A stretch of 64,000 bases of DNA, taken from positions 97,075 through 161,074 of the forward strand of contig CAWHHZ010000008.1 of the NCBI GenBank assembly GCA_963829355.1, written 5' to 3'. Below the pieces are notes generated by a model. It saw nothing but the letters and a program-made list of their open reading frames with translations. It was not told the origin of the DNA and ran no database searches. This document shows, piece by piece, positions 38,517 to 49,837 of the stretch (position 1 is the stretch's first letter; the number at the start of each line of letters is the position of its first letter). This DNA is from an uncultured Acidobacteriota bacterium. GTDB lineage: Bacteria; Acidobacteriota; Thermoanaerobaculia; Gp7-AA8; JAHWKK01. A program made the translations under genes and the position numbers.

Positions 38517-41500
38517 GTGCACTCTCATGACCGAGACTCTGACACTTGCGGAATTGAGGAATCGTGCTGCCGCTTCCGGAGAGATGAGATGAGGCAAATG
38601 GAGAGAATCATGTGCGTCCTTCCGGCCGTCCTTCTATGGGCGGTCTCGCTGCCGGCTCAGGAGCAACCCTCCTTCCGCGACAGTGTCGAGGTGCGCGTGA
38701 TCAATCTCGACGTCGTCGTGGAGGACGCGGCCGGGAAACCCGTCACGGGACTCTCCCCCTCCGATTTCGAGATCCTCGAGAACGGAAAGGTCCAGCCGAT
38801 CACGAATTTCGCGGAGTATCAATCGGGCACGTTCGTCGAGCCTCCCGAGGATGCTCCGGCAGCAACGCAGTACGTTCGTCCGGCGGAAACGCGCCAGCCG
38901 CGAACCATCGTGTTTCTGATCGATGCATTCAATCAGACGCCCAACGTGCGGGAGGAGCTGTTCACCCGCATCCGTGAGTTCACGCGTGACGGGCTGGAGC
39001 CGGGAGACCGGGCCGCCCTCTTCAATTGGCGCAAAAGCATCATGACCGTGGTGCCTCTCACTACCGATCTTCGTCTGATCGACCGGGCTCTATCTCAGAT
39101 GGGGGGGATGCAGCTCCCTGCCGAGGATCAGGCGATGGACGGAATCGTTCAGTTTCTCGAGGAGGCTGACGCGTTCGAGCAAGGGTTGGGCGACGCGGGA
39201 GCCTCATCTCTCGCGGCCCAGATGGAAACGACGATCCGCCATTGCGCCGAGGAGTACCTCTCGGAGATGGAAGGCAAGAGTATCGCCCTGCGCAGCATGA
39301 TTGATTCGCTGGCGGGAATCGAGGGCCGGAAAATACTCGTCTACGTCGCCGGACGCTTCCCCGCCGACACCGCCACGTACTGCCAGTCGATCCTCCGGAC
39401 CCCGGCGCTGGGTCCGGCGAACTTCACATTCCGTGCGGGGACTTTCAGCACCGATCGCCTCGTGGACAAAGTGACGGACGCCGCGAATGCTGCCGGCGTC
39501 ACGTTCTACCCCATCCGGCCGAGAACGAGTGCGCGCCGCACGACAGCGGTCGAGTACACGACCGAGTCGAGCACCGGAGCCAGCGAAGAGCTGGGCGACA
39601 CGCTCGTGATGATGAACGATGCCGACGCGCTCGCCACACTCGCCGAGAAAACCGGAGGCCGTCTCGCGGTGGGAGATCACCTCATCGACGAGCTCCTCCC
39701 TTCCATCCTCTCCGATCTCGACAATTACTATTCACTCGGCTATCGCGCGACCTCGGATGGAGGTGATCGGCAGCGAGACCTCACCGTCCGGATGAAGAAC
39801 CGTTCTCTCCGGGCCAGGGCCCGCGACGCCTTCGTCGAAAAGTCGCGACTCTCAGAAATCAAAGACCAGTTGATCGCCAATCTGTTCGGGGAGCCCCGAA
39901 AGGGTGACATCGAGCTCGATGTCATCGTCGGAGAGCCGGTCCCAGGCCGTCGTGGCCGCTCGACGCTTCCGGTGGAAGTGCGCATTCCGCTCGACCAGCT
40001 CATCTACGAGGGGCAGACTCCCGTCAGTGAGGTCCGCCTCCTCTCCGCCGCCGGAACGACTCCGGGATCCACGACCGAGATCTCCGAGACCGTGAAGCGC
40101 ATCGAGAAACCACCGGCCGACCTGGACGCTCCTTTCATTACCTGGAAAGTCGACCTCGTGCTGCCGGAGGGAGGAACGAAGGTCGCGTTCGGCGTCCTCG
40201 ACGAGGTCTCCGGCCTTGTTGGATTCGTGACAGTCGATCGGACGACCGAATCGATCGAGCGCGCTGAGGCCGCGGCCCTGGCAGGTCTGAGCGAGTGGGA
40301 ACGGGTCCTCGAAAAAGGCCACCGCAAGGGTAAGCCGCTCCTCGTCTACTTCCGGCCGGAGCCATGCTATCGCCGTGAAGGGTTCAACAAGATTCCGATC
40401 TGTGACCAGTTCGAGAGTGACGTTCTCAGCCATCCGGAAATTGCGCAGCGTCTCCAGAGCTTCGAGCTCATTCGCTGGACACCGGGGGTGGGACTCGCCG
40501 ACTGGCCGAAAGACCGGGCCGGTCTCGCCTTGATGAGAATCGACGGACAGCCGATCGTGCAGTGGACTGATCTTCTCGACGGCGCCAATCTCGCGAGGGT
40601 TCTCGACACGCTGATCCCGCACGCGCGGGAGTTCGTACGCATCAACGAACTGACCCGGCTGCACCGGATCGATGAGGCCGATCTGGCCACGGCGATGCTC
40701 AAGATCAGGTTCGGACTGCGGCGTGAAGCAATCGAGACACTCGAACGTCTGAAGAGAGAGAATCCGGAATTTCGCGAGATCTCGTCAGTGCGGCTCGCGT
40801 ATCTGGATGCCGCCGAAAACAGAGGCCGCGGCCTTCGGGAGCTTCACACCTTGATCCCGAAGCTTTCGGATCCTACTGCAGTCGGTGAAGGGTGGCTTGC
40901 GGTCGCTGCGCTCACCTCAGGGGAGGAGAAGCTTCAGGCTCTGCGCTCGGCTCTGGAAATCTCGCCTGACGGCAGCTCGCAGAAGATCATCGCGCAGAGC
41001 GAGCTCGATGCGCTGGTTGCTCCTGAGCCAGACCAGTCCGTCATTCAGGTCGCACCGGTACCGATCGCATCGGGTCGCACCGAGATCCGCACCGTCGTGC
41101 GATCGTCGAAGGTCGACTCGGTCGAGTTCGTACTCGACGGCCGCTCCATCGCGAAAGATGAAGCCGCTCCGTTTCGCGCGAGCGTCGATCTCGAGCGTCT
41201 GCCGGCGAGGCATGATCTGAAGGTCATCGCTCGGGACCCCCGCGGTTCCGTGATCGGAGAAGACGTCCTCGTGCTCAATGGCAACAGCGACTCGCTCTGG
41301 GTGAGATTCATCGCGCCCGAGCTCGATCAGGCCTCAGGCGAAACGCCGGTGGAGCTCGTGCTGCAGGTTCCGCAGAACCAGATGCTCAGATCGGTGAAAA
41401 TTGATCACGACGGCGATGTCATCGCGCTCGAGGGACCGCCCTACCGCACGAACGTCACGATTGACCCCGCTGCGGGAATCTCCGTGCTTCAGGCGACGGT

Positions 41501-42410
41501 CACACTGGAAAATGGTGAGACCGCGGGAGACACGAAGATTCTCAACGGCGCCGGGCTTGCCGAGACGACCGGTGTCCATCTGGTCGAGATTCCTCTCGTG
41601 CCAATGGGAAACCAGACCCCGAGGCTCGATCAGATCCGTCTGTTCGAGTCGGGCCAGGCGCGCGAGATCGAGGCTCTGATTGGTTCCGACGAGGCTCCGC
41701 TCACGCTCGGGCTCGTCATCGACACCTCCACCAGCATGAACGACCGTATCCTGGACGTGCAGTCGGCCGCCGTTACCTTCGTCGAACAGGTGCTCCGTCC
41801 CCAGGACCGCGGCTTCCTCATCTCCTTCGATTCCGAGCCTCATCTCGACGTGCAGCCGACCGCGGATCAGCCGCGCCTCGTCCGGGGGATCCGTGCGCTC
41901 TCCCCGGGCGGCAAGACGGCTCTGTTCGACGCAATGATGCTCGGCCTTCTGCAGTACGAGACTCTCGGCGGGCGCCGCGCGATGGTCGTGTTCAGCGATG
42001 GCGAGGACAGCATCAGCCGGTACAAACTCGAGGATATCTCCGAGGTTGCCAGAAGGACAGGAATCCCGATCTATCTGGTGCGTGCATGGTCCGAAGAGGA
42101 GCGGGAGCGTCTCGCACCGCAGAACGTTCCGACGTTTCGGAGCTCGTCGACCAACACGGTCCTGCAGCGGCAACAGCAACAGCGCCTGGAGCATCTGTCG
42201 CGTGAGACCGGCGGAACGTTTTTCGACCTGAGCTCGCTCTCGGCGATCGATGAAGTGTTCGCCGAGATCGGCCGCCTCGTCCGCCGCCAGGTGCTCCTGA
42301 CTTACCTCACCGAGACCAGCCCGAACCAGGAGTGGCGCCCGATCGAAGTGAGAGTCGAAGGTCGCGCCGAAGTCAAAGCACCTCAGGGCTACTACGCGAG
42401 ACCGAACTAG
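38517..42410 (+). CDS. giant secreted acidobacterial-type VWA protein (multiple domains); probable start at Met25 (38589)
   Basis: 1297 aa. Signal peptide 'MCVLPAVLLWAVSLPAQEQ'. TIGR03436-like N-terminus 'VRVINLDVVVEDAAGKPVTGLSPSDFEILENG'. The C-terminal VWA domain has a complete MIDAS motif ('LVIDTSTSM...GGKTALFDA...VFSDGED'). Confidence 0.65.
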   Translation: MHSHDRDSDTCGIEESCCRFRRDEMRQMERIMCVLPAVLLWAVSLPAQEQPSFRDSVEVRVINLDVVVEDAAGKPVTGLSPSDFEILENGKVQPITNFAEYQSGTFVEPPEDAPAATQYVRPAETRQPRTIVFLIDAFNQTPNVREELFTRIREFTRDGLEPGDRAALFNWRKSIMTVVPLTTDLRLIDRALSQMGGMQLPAEDQAMDGIVQFLEEADAFEQGLGDAGASSLAAQMETTIRHCAEEYLSEMEGKSIALRSMIDSLAGIEGRKILVYVAGRFPADTATYCQSILRTPALGPANFTFRAGTFSTDRLVDKVTDAANAAGVTFYPIRPRTSARRTTAVEYTTESSTGASEELGDTLVMMNDADALATLAEKTGGRLAVGDHLIDELLPSILSDLDNYYSLGYRATSDGGDRQRDLTVRMKNRSLRARARDAFVEKSRLSEIKDQLIANLFGEPRKGDIELDVIVGEPVPGRRGRSTLPVEVRIPLDQLIYEGQTPVSEVRLLSAAGTTPGSTTEISETVKRIEKPPADLDAPFITWKVDLVLPEGGTKVAFGVLDEVSGLVGFVTVDRTTESIERAEAAALAGLSEWERVLEKGHRKGKPLLVYFRPEPCYRREGFNKIPICDQFESDVLSHPEIAQRLQSFELIRWTPGVGLADWPKDRAGLALMRIDGQPIVQWTDLLDGANLARVLDTLIPHAREFVRINELTRLHRIDEADLATAMLKIRFGLRREAIETLERLKRENPEFREISSVRLAYLDAAENRGRGLRELHTLIPKLSDPTAVGEGWLAVAALTSGEEKLQALRSALEISPDGSSQKIIAQSELDALVAPEPDQSVIQVAPVPIASGRTEIRTVVRSSKVDSVEFVLDGRSIAKDEAAPFRASVDLERLPARHDLKVIARDPRGSVIGEDVLVLNGNSDSLWVRFIAPELDQASGETPVELVLQVPQNQMLRSVKIDHDGDVIALEGPPYRTNVTIDPAAGISVLQATVTLENGETAGDTKILNGAGLAETTGVHLVEIPLVPMGNQTPRLDQIRLFESGQAREIEALIGSDEAPLTLGLVIDTSTSMNDRILDVQSAAVTFVEQVLRPQDRGFLISFDSEPHLDVQPTADQPRLVRGIRALSPGGKTALFDAMMLGLLQYETLGGRRAMVVFSDGEDSISRYKLEDISEVARRTGIPIYLVRAWSEEERERLAPQNVPTFRSSSTNTVLQRQQQQRLEHLSRETGGTFFDLSSLSAIDEVFAEIGRLVRRQVLLTYLTETSPNQEWRPIEVRVEGRAEVKAPQGYYARPN

Positions 42411-42440
42411 GCCGCCGATCTTTAGGAAGATCCCACGCAT

Positions 42441-42594
42441 GTCATCCTGAGCCGCCGGATCCCGCGAAGCGGGAGGAGGCCTGCCCTGAGCGAAGCCGAA
42501 GGGACGGTCGAAGGATCGCGTACGATCCGACTGTCAGCACGGAAAGAACGCGACAGTCAGGACGTACGCGATCCTTCGCTTCGCTCAGGATGAC
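42441..42594. repeat. nested inverted-repeat element, type A (longest copy)
   Basis: GTCATCCTGAGCCGCCGGATCCCGCGAAGCGGGAGGAGG ... CGAAGGATCGCGTACG ... CGTACGCGATCCTTCG ... GCTCAGGATGAC. Confidence 0.75.
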
Positions 42595-42656
42595 ATGTGC
42601 CAAATGGTCCATTAGAAGGCGCCGCGAGAGCTGGGGACACCGCTGACAGCTCGGGT

Positions 42657-43220
42657 TCAGCAGCCGGGTACGCGCCGGTAGTGCATGGCGACCGCGCCGT
42701 TGCGGAGCGGCGTCGCTGAAACCAGCTCGAGCCGTCGCCTGCCGGGCAGCCCACTCTGGTACAGGGTCGGCCCGTGACCGGCGATTCTGGGGTGGACGAG
42801 AAATTTGTATTCGTCGATCAGATCCAGCCGGTCCAGTTCGGTCGCAAGCCTGCCGCTTCCGAGGAGCACGCCGGCAGGGGTCGTGTCCTTGAGTTTCTGC
42901 ACGCTCGCACGCAGGTCGCCGGTGATGTGGTGGCTGTTGGACCACGGGAAGTCAGTTCGGGTCGACGACACCACGTACTTCGGCTTGGCCTCCAGCTTGA
43001 CCGCCCACTCGCGCATCGCCGGCGGCGCCTCTTCGTCACCGCGGGCGACCGCCGGCCAGTAGGCCTCCATCATCTCGTAGGTGACGCGACCCCAGAGCAT
43101 CGCCCCGCCCTCGTCCATGAGGCGTGTGAAGAATGCGTGTGTTTCGTCGTCGGCGATCCCCTCCCGGTGGTCGACGCAGCCGTCCAGGGTGAGGTTGAGG
43201 CTGAAGGTCAGAAGTCCCAT
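42657..43220 (-). CDS. dihydrofolate-reductase-family protein (RibD C-terminal-domain type)
   Basis: 'MGLLTFSLNLTLDGCVDH...MLWGRVTYEMM...VLLGSGRLATEL...LIDEYKFLVHPRIAGHGPTLY', the YwjB/RibD_C pattern. Confidence 0.7.
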   Translation of the reverse strand: MGLLTFSLNLTLDGCVDHREGIADDETHAFFTRLMDEGGAMLWGRVTYEMMEAYWPAVARGDEEAPPAMREWAVKLEAKPKYVVSSTRTDFPWSNSHHITGDLRASVQKLKDTTPAGVLLGSGRLATELDRLDLIDEYKFLVHPRIAGHGPTLYQSGLPGRRRLELVSATPLRNGAVAMHYRRVPGC

Positions 43221-43737
43221 GCGTATTGACTCCGGCGTGTGCCCGGATCAGGTGCACCAACGCGATCGACATCTGTCATCGGGCCTACCGCTTCTTCCCC
43301 CCGACGCCAGGCACTGCCGTGACTTGGGTAATTCCTGTCTACCTTGCGGGCGGGCATGCTGGTCTCCTGTGCCTCGGAAGTGTGTCGGCCAACGATCCCC
43401 CGTTCACCGGCGCGGATACGCACCGGAGACGGTGAATTCATGCGTAATGGTACAGCGTGCCCGCGTCCGGTGGAACGGGTCGGTTGGCGGCAGGAGCGCT
43501 CAGGAGACGAGACCCACCACGACCATGAGCGCCCCGGCCACCGTGACAACCGCGCGAGTGTGCGACCGAGCGGAGCAAACTTTTTCTAAGGGCCTGCGCA
43601 TTCTTGACTGGATCTCGCACGAAAGGTGTGCAGATCTTTCCTCTCCGCCCGCCCATTTCTGGCAACCCGATTGCACATGTTATTAGGCATAACGGAGGCA
43701 GCAAGCCTCCCCTCATCAGAACGAAAGGAGAACAGAA

Positions 43738-43929
43738 ATGAAGGACCAAAACAGCAGAGAACGATCCATCCCGAGACATGGCGAGGAGAGCAGAACGGAG
43801 CGCGAAGGGTTCCGAGGTTCCTCACGGCCGGGACGCGAAGAGAGCCAAACCAGCCGCGAGAGAAGCGATCGAAGTGATCGGAACCGTTCGGACTCGCGTA
43901 CGAGTCCCGACAGTCGCGATCTCGAGTAG
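43738..43929 (+). CDS. small highly charged R/E/S-rich protein (possible stress hydrophilin)
   Basis: 63 aa. Strong SD 'AAAGGAGAACAGAAATG'. Followed by a perfect terminator hairpin. Low-complexity sequence. Confidence 0.35.
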   Translation: MKDQNSRERSIPRHGEESRTEREGFRGSSRPGREESQTSRERSDRSDRNRSDSRTSPDSRDLE

Positions 43930-43954
43930 CACATTGATCACTCCTGAACGCTGA

Positions 43955-43988
43955 AAGGCCGTGACATCGTCACGGCCTTTCTGTTCTG
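43955..43988 (+). terminator. rho-independent terminator
   Basis: AAAGGCCGTGAC-ATCG-TCACGGCCTTT followed by a T-rich tail. Confidence 0.6.
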
Positions 43989-44049
43989 CGGCGAGCGTTT
44001 CTTCCAGGGCTCACAGCAGATTGCCAACGCCGTTCGCCGCTTTCTCCTT

Positions 44050-44275
44050 CAGACGCTCCCACCACGACCGCTTTTTGATAGAGAAACAGGACGGTGACTC
44101 CAGCCTCCGCGCGTTCGCACAGGATCTCCCGCACCTCGTCGGCCAGATCTCCCTCGCGGTACCAGAACACGAACCATGTGATCAGCTTCTCCGCCCGGCG
44201 CAGTTCCTCGAACAGGCGCGGGTACGTCCCGTTCCCGATGATGAGCAGAACAACCATCAGAGTGATCGGGTTCAA
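44050..44275 (-). pseudogene. phospholipase-D / cardiolipin-synthase-like N-terminal fragment (no HKD motifs)
   Basis: 'TYPRLFEELRRAEKLITWFVFWYREGDLADEVREILCERAEAGVTVLFLYQ' resembles the pre-HKD region of Cls/PLD enzymes. The ORF then runs into non-coding sequence. Confidence 0.3.
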
Positions 44276-44377
44276 ATGGCGAACCAGTCATCAATGATGG
44301 TTCCTGTCCTGGTTGAACAAACCTCAGTGCTGAATGCTGAATGCTGATGGAGTGATTGGCCGGCGCGGCAGCCGGGC

Positions 44378-45346
44378 CTACTGTGAACCGGCAGCAACGG
44401 GAGTGGCCATCGCCTCCACGACGACGCTGAGGTTAGTCGCGGCAAAGGGCGCGCTGTCTGGTGACGCTCGAAGCCAGACGACGATCGTGTAGATACCGCG
44501 CCCTTTAGTCGGAGCCAGATCGAAAGAGATCGTGTCGCCATCGACGTCGAGTATGTGCCGCGGGTAATGGTGAAGCGCGGCATCCAGAGGTGATGCGACC
44601 CGCTCCCTCTCGAGTCTCAGCCACTCTCCGGGGAGGGAGTAGCTGTCGATCATGTTTGCACGCTCCCGCGTCAGCCGGTACGGCATCGGTTCGTAGTGCA
44701 CCGTCACTGCGTCGACATCGAGTCCCGGATCGAGAATGCGGGCGCGATATCGAAACGACTCGTCCCCGCGCAGTTTCTGCCGGACGACTTCCCATTCGAC
44801 ATATCGCCTCAGCAGTGCCTCGATTACGCGAACTTCCCGCCCACCCCACGACACGCCGATCCCGACATGAGTCGCATACGGATCGAGGATGGCCTTCCGG
44901 TGTCCGTCGCGGGGCGGGATCTCGGCGATCATCTCGCTGTGGGACCTCTGCGCGAGATCGGTGATGAGCTCCTCCGGAACGGGATCACGAGCGGACCACG
45001 AGGCGGCGTTCTCGAGCACCATGTCGTGGACCCCGTCAAATGAATAGCGCATGTAGGGAGAGAGGCCATCAGTCGTAAAGTGGCCGCGGGTCCCGGTCTC
45101 GACCTGCACTCCACAGTAGGTGTCGGCGACCGAGGACGCCTCCTCATCGAGAACCACCAGAGGAAGATGATGACGTGATCGGTCGCGGTTGATCCGGTCG
45201 AGCAGTTCGGTCCTCACCTCTTCACGAATCGGTTCCGCCCGGAGCGATTGCGTGAAGACCAGAACCGCGATGCACGCTACCCCGAGGGTGAGAAGTGATC
45301 CCGCCCGGCGCACGCCGTGTTCAACAGTTTCCGCAACCCAGCTCAT
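44378..45346 (-). CDS. CAP (CRISP/PR-1/SCP) domain secreted protein
   Basis: TM/signal, then 'LLDRINRDRSRHHLPLVVLDEEASSVADTYCGVQ...HFTTDG', the CAP-domain signature. Confidence 0.55.
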   Translation of the reverse strand: MSWVAETVEHGVRRAGSLLTLGVACIAVLVFTQSLRAEPIREEVRTELLDRINRDRSRHHLPLVVLDEEASSVADTYCGVQVETGTRGHFTTDGLSPYMRYSFDGVHDMVLENAASWSARDPVPEELITDLAQRSHSEMIAEIPPRDGHRKAILDPYATHVGIGVSWGGREVRVIEALLRRYVEWEVVRQKLRGDESFRYRARILDPGLDVDAVTVHYEPMPYRLTRERANMIDSYSLPGEWLRLERERVASPLDAALHHYPRHILDVDGDTISFDLAPTKGRGIYTIVVWLRASPDSAPFAATNLSVVVEAMATPVAAGSQ

Positions 45347-45350
45347 CGTC

Positions 45351-48300
45351 TCAACCCCGACCCGTCACATCCCCGCCACTGACCGGGAGCTCGATCGACA
45401 CCCTGAATCCCGGATTCAGATTTTCGGCGCGAATGGTACCACCGTGGAGCTCGATCGCCTTGCGGGAAATGGCGAGACCGAGTCCCGTTCCCGTCGATTT
45501 TGTCGAGAAGTACGGGTCGAAGATCCGCGCGAGGTTCTCGGGAGGAACCCCCTGCCCCTCGTCGGTGACCGTGATGATGAGCATGCCGTCCCGGCCTCGC
45601 GACGCGATCATGATTGCACCCTGATCGGCTGACTGCCGCGCATTCTCGATCAGATTGGCCATGACGCCCCGCAGCATCCGCTCGTCCGCCTCGATCCGCT
45701 CCGGTGTCGACGGGTCCATTTCGAGCCGCAGCGTCTCATCAGTTCCGTTGCCAGCCATGTAGTCATGCCTGAGCTCGGTCAGAAGCTCACCGACTGCCAT
45801 CGCTCTCAGTTTCGGCTTCCTCTCTGATGCGTAATCGCCGAAATCGCGCGCCGTCTCCCGCAGTGTCTCGACCTGTCGCAGGATACTCGTCGATACGGAC
45901 TCCACCATCTCCGGAAGCCTCTCGTCCCGTCTCTCGGCGAGCGTCCTGAGATGTTCGGTTGCGAGCTGAATCGGCGTCAGAGGGTTCTTGATCTCGTGCG
46001 CCACCTGTCTTGCCATCTCCGTCCATGCCTGCAGGCGGTTCGATCTGAGGATGTCCGTCACGTCCTCGACGATCAGCATCCGCTCTTCCGTTTCAGGAAG
46101 AGCCAGAAGAGCGATGCGGAATGCGCGGTCGGCTCCCTCGATCTCGAGCTCGATCTCCGAGCCCTCGAAGGAGTTCTGCCGGACGATTGCCACGATTCTG
46201 TCAGGCAGTTGATCCATCGTCAGGAGAGGATCACCGAAAAGAGCTCGAGCCGCGGCATTGGTGGCGACGACCTCACTACTTTCGTTGAAGACCACCACAG
46301 CCGAATCGATGTTCTCGAGCAGAGTTCGAAGTTTGTCGCGCTCGTAGCGGATCTCGTCCTGCTGTCTCCGGATCGACTGCGCCATCTCCCGGAAGGTGTT
46401 GACCAGAAGGCCGAACTCCGGATCCTTCGGGGCTTCTGGAATCTGATCGAACTCGCCCCGGCCGACTGATCGGGCGCTCATGACCAGGGCCTGTACAGGC
46501 CGCGATACCGAACGCGCGATCCATGTGGCGGTCAGGAGCGCGATCACGAGAATCAGGATGAGCACCAGGTAGATCGTCGTGGCCATGTCGTCCACTTCGT
46601 CACGGATCCTCTGCCCCTGAACGATCAGTGGCAACGCCAGTGTGTAGTTTTCACCGGCCGCGAGAAAGATCGGACTGTAGATCTCGAAGAAGCGCACGTC
46701 TCCCACCTGCCGGCGGTCGAGAACGAGTTGGGCTCCCTCGAAGACGACTTCCGAATAGACGGAGCCGGAAAGACGCGGCTCGTCCACCTGCGCACCGAAA
46801 AGATCGCGCCGGCTCGAGGCGATCACGTGATCGTCCTGGTAGAGATGAAGATCGTGTCCGACCACGCGGGCGAGCCACGTCAGAATCTCGTCATCGAGTG
46901 CCTCCGCCGGTGTCAGGTCCGGCTTGGAGGCCAGATAGTCCTCGATCACTCTCTGTGCAGCGCTCAGCGCCTCCTGTCCCCGTGCGAGAAAGGCCGTTTC
47001 GAGCCGGTCGGCGGTGTAGGCACGCGCAAGCACGACGAAAATGAGAACAGGGCCCATCGCCATGAGACTCATCATCAGAGCAGACCGCGCCTGGAACCGC
47101 ATCCGGCCGGGGAAGCCCTTGAGGGAAGCCGCCAACCCACGCAACGAAGGTCTCGCCGCGATCAACACCAGAAGCACCAGCGCCCAGACCGCGGTACTTC
47201 CCCACCGCCGGAGGTGCTGGCCCCATGTCGGCAGTTCGAGCGGGAACGCGAACAGCACGTTCTCCACTCGCTGCAGGTAGACGAGCATCGACTCCGGACT
47301 CGCCGGGCGGACCCAGAATCCGGTCGTCGTCCCGAGCCGATCGAGGTACCGCAACGGGCTCCTCTCGAGTCTGAACGTCGGGCTCCCGTACACCGAGCCG
47401 TCGATCTCGAACACGACCGGCGCCTCCGTCTGCTCGAGGGGTCCGAGCTCCACTCCCCGGCCATGCCGGTACAGCTCGCGATAGACGTCTGAAATCGTCG
47501 TCGATCCCGGGTCAAGTGGGTTCGCCAGGTAGACAACCCCTTCCCCCACTGTCTGCTCGCCATACTGCAGGCTGAACTCGTGACGGAGGAGCTCCCGGCT
47601 GAGCGCACCAAGCCGCAACTCGTCCCCTTCTTCCGGAGATGACGCAAACTGGGGAAGCCCGACACCGAAGCGGCTGATCATCTCGCCCGTGCTGTTCCGC
47701 AGCACGACGGCCGACGGTATCTGCCAGGATGGGAGATCGGAGCGGGACCAGAGAACGAACGCGAGATCGGTCGGATCCATCCGGCCCAACTCCTCGGGAA
47801 GCACCCGAGAGAGATCGACGGCGGTGAAATCCGTCTCGAGCGTGTTCCGGATCATCGTCAGAAGCTGACCACCCTCGCCCGCCACGAGTGGAGCGTACGT
47901 ATCGGAAACGAACTTCCGGACCGCGGCCTGCTCGAAGATCGCGACGGGTGGCTGTACGACGAGCGCGAGAAGGCACGCCGTGAGTGGAACGCGCACGAGA
48001 CGGTAATTGATCGTATACCGCACGACAAAAAGCGCCGCAATGGTCAGCACGACGACGAGCCACGCCCTCCAGACGTTCTCTGTCGGCGCTGCGAGAGCAA
48101 TCGCAGCGGCTCCCGCAATCACCGCCGACAACGCGGCTCCGAGGACTGATCTCCAGCGGGAAAGCTCACCAACGAGCTCGAACAGCGTCAGCGCCAGCAG
48201 GATCATCCCGGCGAGAAGGGTTGCCTGAACAAGACTCTCAGCCACCACGTGCTCAGCCACCGGCGACAAGCGCGCATTCTCGATCAGGTTTCTGACGAAG

Positions 48301-49274
48301 AGGACATAACCAGCCGAGCCCAGACCCGCGATCACTCCACTCGCAATCGAGTGGCCGCGAAGTGCTCGCGACAATGTCGAGATGATCAGAAAGAGTGCAG
48401 CAGCCGTCAGCAGCAGATCGAATGGGGAGCGGGCGAACGGGCCGAGCCAGCGCGAAGCGTAAGCCGCGAACCCGAACAGCTCCCATGGATCGTCCGGGAC
48501 GCGGACACCGAGGAGGGCGACGCGGGACGATGCAATGAGAACAGCCGCGACCACAGCCGATGATCGTGTGCCTCGTTGCCGGAGCTGCATGGCGAGGACG
48601 AGCAGCATCACGGCCAGAACAATCGAGATGGAGGTCCACGCTGCCGAGTCGATCCGAGCAGTGATCGAATCGAGACTTGCGGGCATGAGGTCGACCCATA
48701 CTGCCGCATTTTGCGTCTGGTCGAGACGTTCGCGCCGGACCCCTTCATCCCTGTAAAGAGCTCCGCCATGAATGTGAACCGCCTCGACCCATCGATCTTC
48801 CAGCAGCCATTCCGGACGAAGCGGCATTCGTTTGAACGCCGTCCCCCGCAGCTTCAGATCTCCGGCAGCCCACTCCCTCTCAGCGACGACATACAGGCTC
48901 GTCGTGTCATAGCAGTACGATTCACATCGATCGAATGGGAAATACTCTCCCCACCACGCAAGGAGATCGCCTCGGGCGTTCGAGAGCCGCATGCCGCTCG
49001 CAGCACCGGAATCGCTCCTCGACAGGATGCGGAACAGCTCCGCCCGGGTCCGCGGGTTTGCAGAGCGCTGCTCGAGCTCCTCGAGCTCATTATCGAGACC
49101 GTCTCTTGCCTCTGCCAGTCTCGACTCGAGGAGTGTGACCCGCTCGCTCAGCTCGTGCTCGATCCGTTCGCCCCATCCGCGCCGGATGTTCCAGATCGCT
49201 GCTCTCGAGACGAGGAAGATCGCCCCGGCAATGAGCAGCGCCGCAACGACGACGCGAACGGGGCGCTGGATCAC
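45351..49274 (-). CDS. large multi-domain sensor histidine kinase (NtrY-like HisKA)
   Basis: 1307 aa. Large membrane/periplasmic N-terminus, HAMP/PAS region, H-box '[22 protein letters not shown]' and HATPase '[14 protein letters not shown]...[18 protein letters not shown]'. Confidence 0.75.
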   Translation of the reverse strand: MIQRPVRVVVAALLIAGAIFLVSRAAIWNIRRGWGERIEHELSERVTLLESRLAEARDGLDNELEELEQRSANPRTRAELFRILSRSDSGAASGMRLSNARGDLLAWWGEYFPFDRCESYCYDTTSLYVVAEREWAAGDLKLRGTAFKRMPLRPEWLLEDRWVEAVHIHGGALYRDEGVRRERLDQTQNAAVWVDLMPASLDSITARIDSAAWTSISIVLAVMLLVLAMQLRQRGTRSSAVVAAVLIASSRVALLGVRVPDDPWELFGFAAYASRWLGPFARSPFDLLLTAAALFLIISTLSRALRGHSIASGVIAGLGSAGYVLFVRNLIENARLSPVAEHVVAESLVQATLLAGMILLALTLFELVGELSRWRSVLGAALSAVIAGAAAIALAAPTENVWRAWLVVVLTIAALFVVRYTINYRLVRVPLTACLLALVVQPPVAIFEQAAVRKFVSDTYAPLVAGEGGQLLTMIRNTLETDFTAVDLSRVLPEELGRMDPTDLAFVLWSRSDLPSWQIPSAVVLRNSTGEMISRFGVGLPQFASSPEEGDELRLGALSRELLRHEFSLQYGEQTVGEGVVYLANPLDPGSTTISDVYRELYRHGRGVELGPLEQTEAPVVFEIDGSVYGSPTFRLERSPLRYLDRLGTTTGFWVRPASPESMLVYLQRVENVLFAFPLELPTWGQHLRRWGSTAVWALVLLVLIAARPSLRGLAASLKGFPGRMRFQARSALMMSLMAMGPVLIFVVLARAYTADRLETAFLARGQEALSAAQRVIEDYLASKPDLTPAEALDDEILTWLARVVGHDLHLYQDDHVIASSRRDLFGAQVDEPRLSGSVYSEVVFEGAQLVLDRRQVGDVRFFEIYSPIFLAAGENYTLALPLIVQGQRIRDEVDDMATTIYLVLILILVIALLTATWIARSVSRPVQALVMSARSVGRGEFDQIPEAPKDPEFGLLVNTFREMAQSIRRQQDEIRYERDKLRTLLENIDSAVVVFNESSEVVATNAAARALFGDPLLTMDQLPDRIVAIVRQNSFEGSEIELEIEGADRAFRIALLALPETEERMLIVEDVTDILRSNRLQAWTEMARQVAHEIKNPLTPIQLATEHLRTLAERRDERLPEMVESVSTSILRQVETLRETARDFGDYASERKPKLRAMAVGELLTELRHDYMAGNGTDETLRLEMDPSTPERIEADERMLRGVMANLIENARQSADQGAIMIASRGRDGMLIITVTDEGQGVPPENLARIFDPYFSTKSTGTGLGLAISRKAIELHGGTIRAENLNPGFRVSIELPVSGGDVTGRG

Positions 49275-49699
49275 TTCTTACCGGACGAACGGATCGATGC
49301 GATCGACCATCTGTCCTCACGACTCTGCAGGGTCACGTACAGCTCGCGAACCTCTGACCCATCCCCTGTTCGAATCGTCCAGTTTGCGGTGACGTGGTAC
49401 TGCCCCTGTGCACTCACCTTGCGGGCACTGCTCACCTCGAATCCGGAAGGGCTGACTTTCTGGAACAGCTGTTCGAGCAGGTATGACGCCTGGTCGCGCC
49501 CGAAGAATCCATCTTCGCTCATCAGACCAGGAAACTGGAGCATCACCTGATCGCCAACACCCGCAACGATCGGCGCGCTCTCACCGCGCTCGAATCCCCG
49601 CGCGAGCGAGGACATCGCCGTATCGAGATCCCGGTAGCTTTCCGCAAACGCCAGGGGCGCAAGCAGGACCAAAATCACACTCATCGCAATCTTCTTCAT
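49271..49699 (-). CDS. periplasmic hypothetical protein co-transcribed with the kinase
   Basis: Internal start '[19 protein letters not shown]'. 4-nt overlap with the kinase gene start. Confidence 0.4.
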   Translation of the reverse strand: MKKIAMSVILVLLAPLAFAESYRDLDTAMSSLARGFERGESAPIVAGVGDQVMLQFPGLMSEDGFFGRDQASYLLEQLFQKVSPSGFEVSSARKVSAQGQYHVTANWTIRTGDGSEVRELYVTLQSREDRWSIASIRSSGKK

Positions 49700-49837
49700 A
49701 TCGTGATCCGATTCCAGATCCGCGCCACTTCCATCAGTCATTGACGAGAGCGCAGAACTGCTTGATTCCATTGATTTTAACCGAATCCGACATCGAAACG
49801 CGAGTCACACGTGTCACTCTCCTGTCACCATACGAGC

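Noticed and set aside
41334-42440. 368-aa antisense ORF inside the giant VWA gene. Similar long antisense ORFs are at 5693..6772, 12342..13208, 16344..17210, 20829..21569, 28178..29161, 30608..31462, 31670..32902, 39852..40664 and 52411..53688.
   Set aside because: All lie opposite well-supported genes with recognisable domains. They have Arg/Ala/Gly-rich low-complexity translations typical of spurious open frames in 65%-GC DNA.
43230-43737. Possible riboswitch or sRNA in the 500-bp non-coding region upstream of the small R/E-rich ORF
   Set aside because: I could not match it to any riboswitch consensus that I can recognise by eye, for example no B12 box or SAM/TPP signatures. It is left unannotated.
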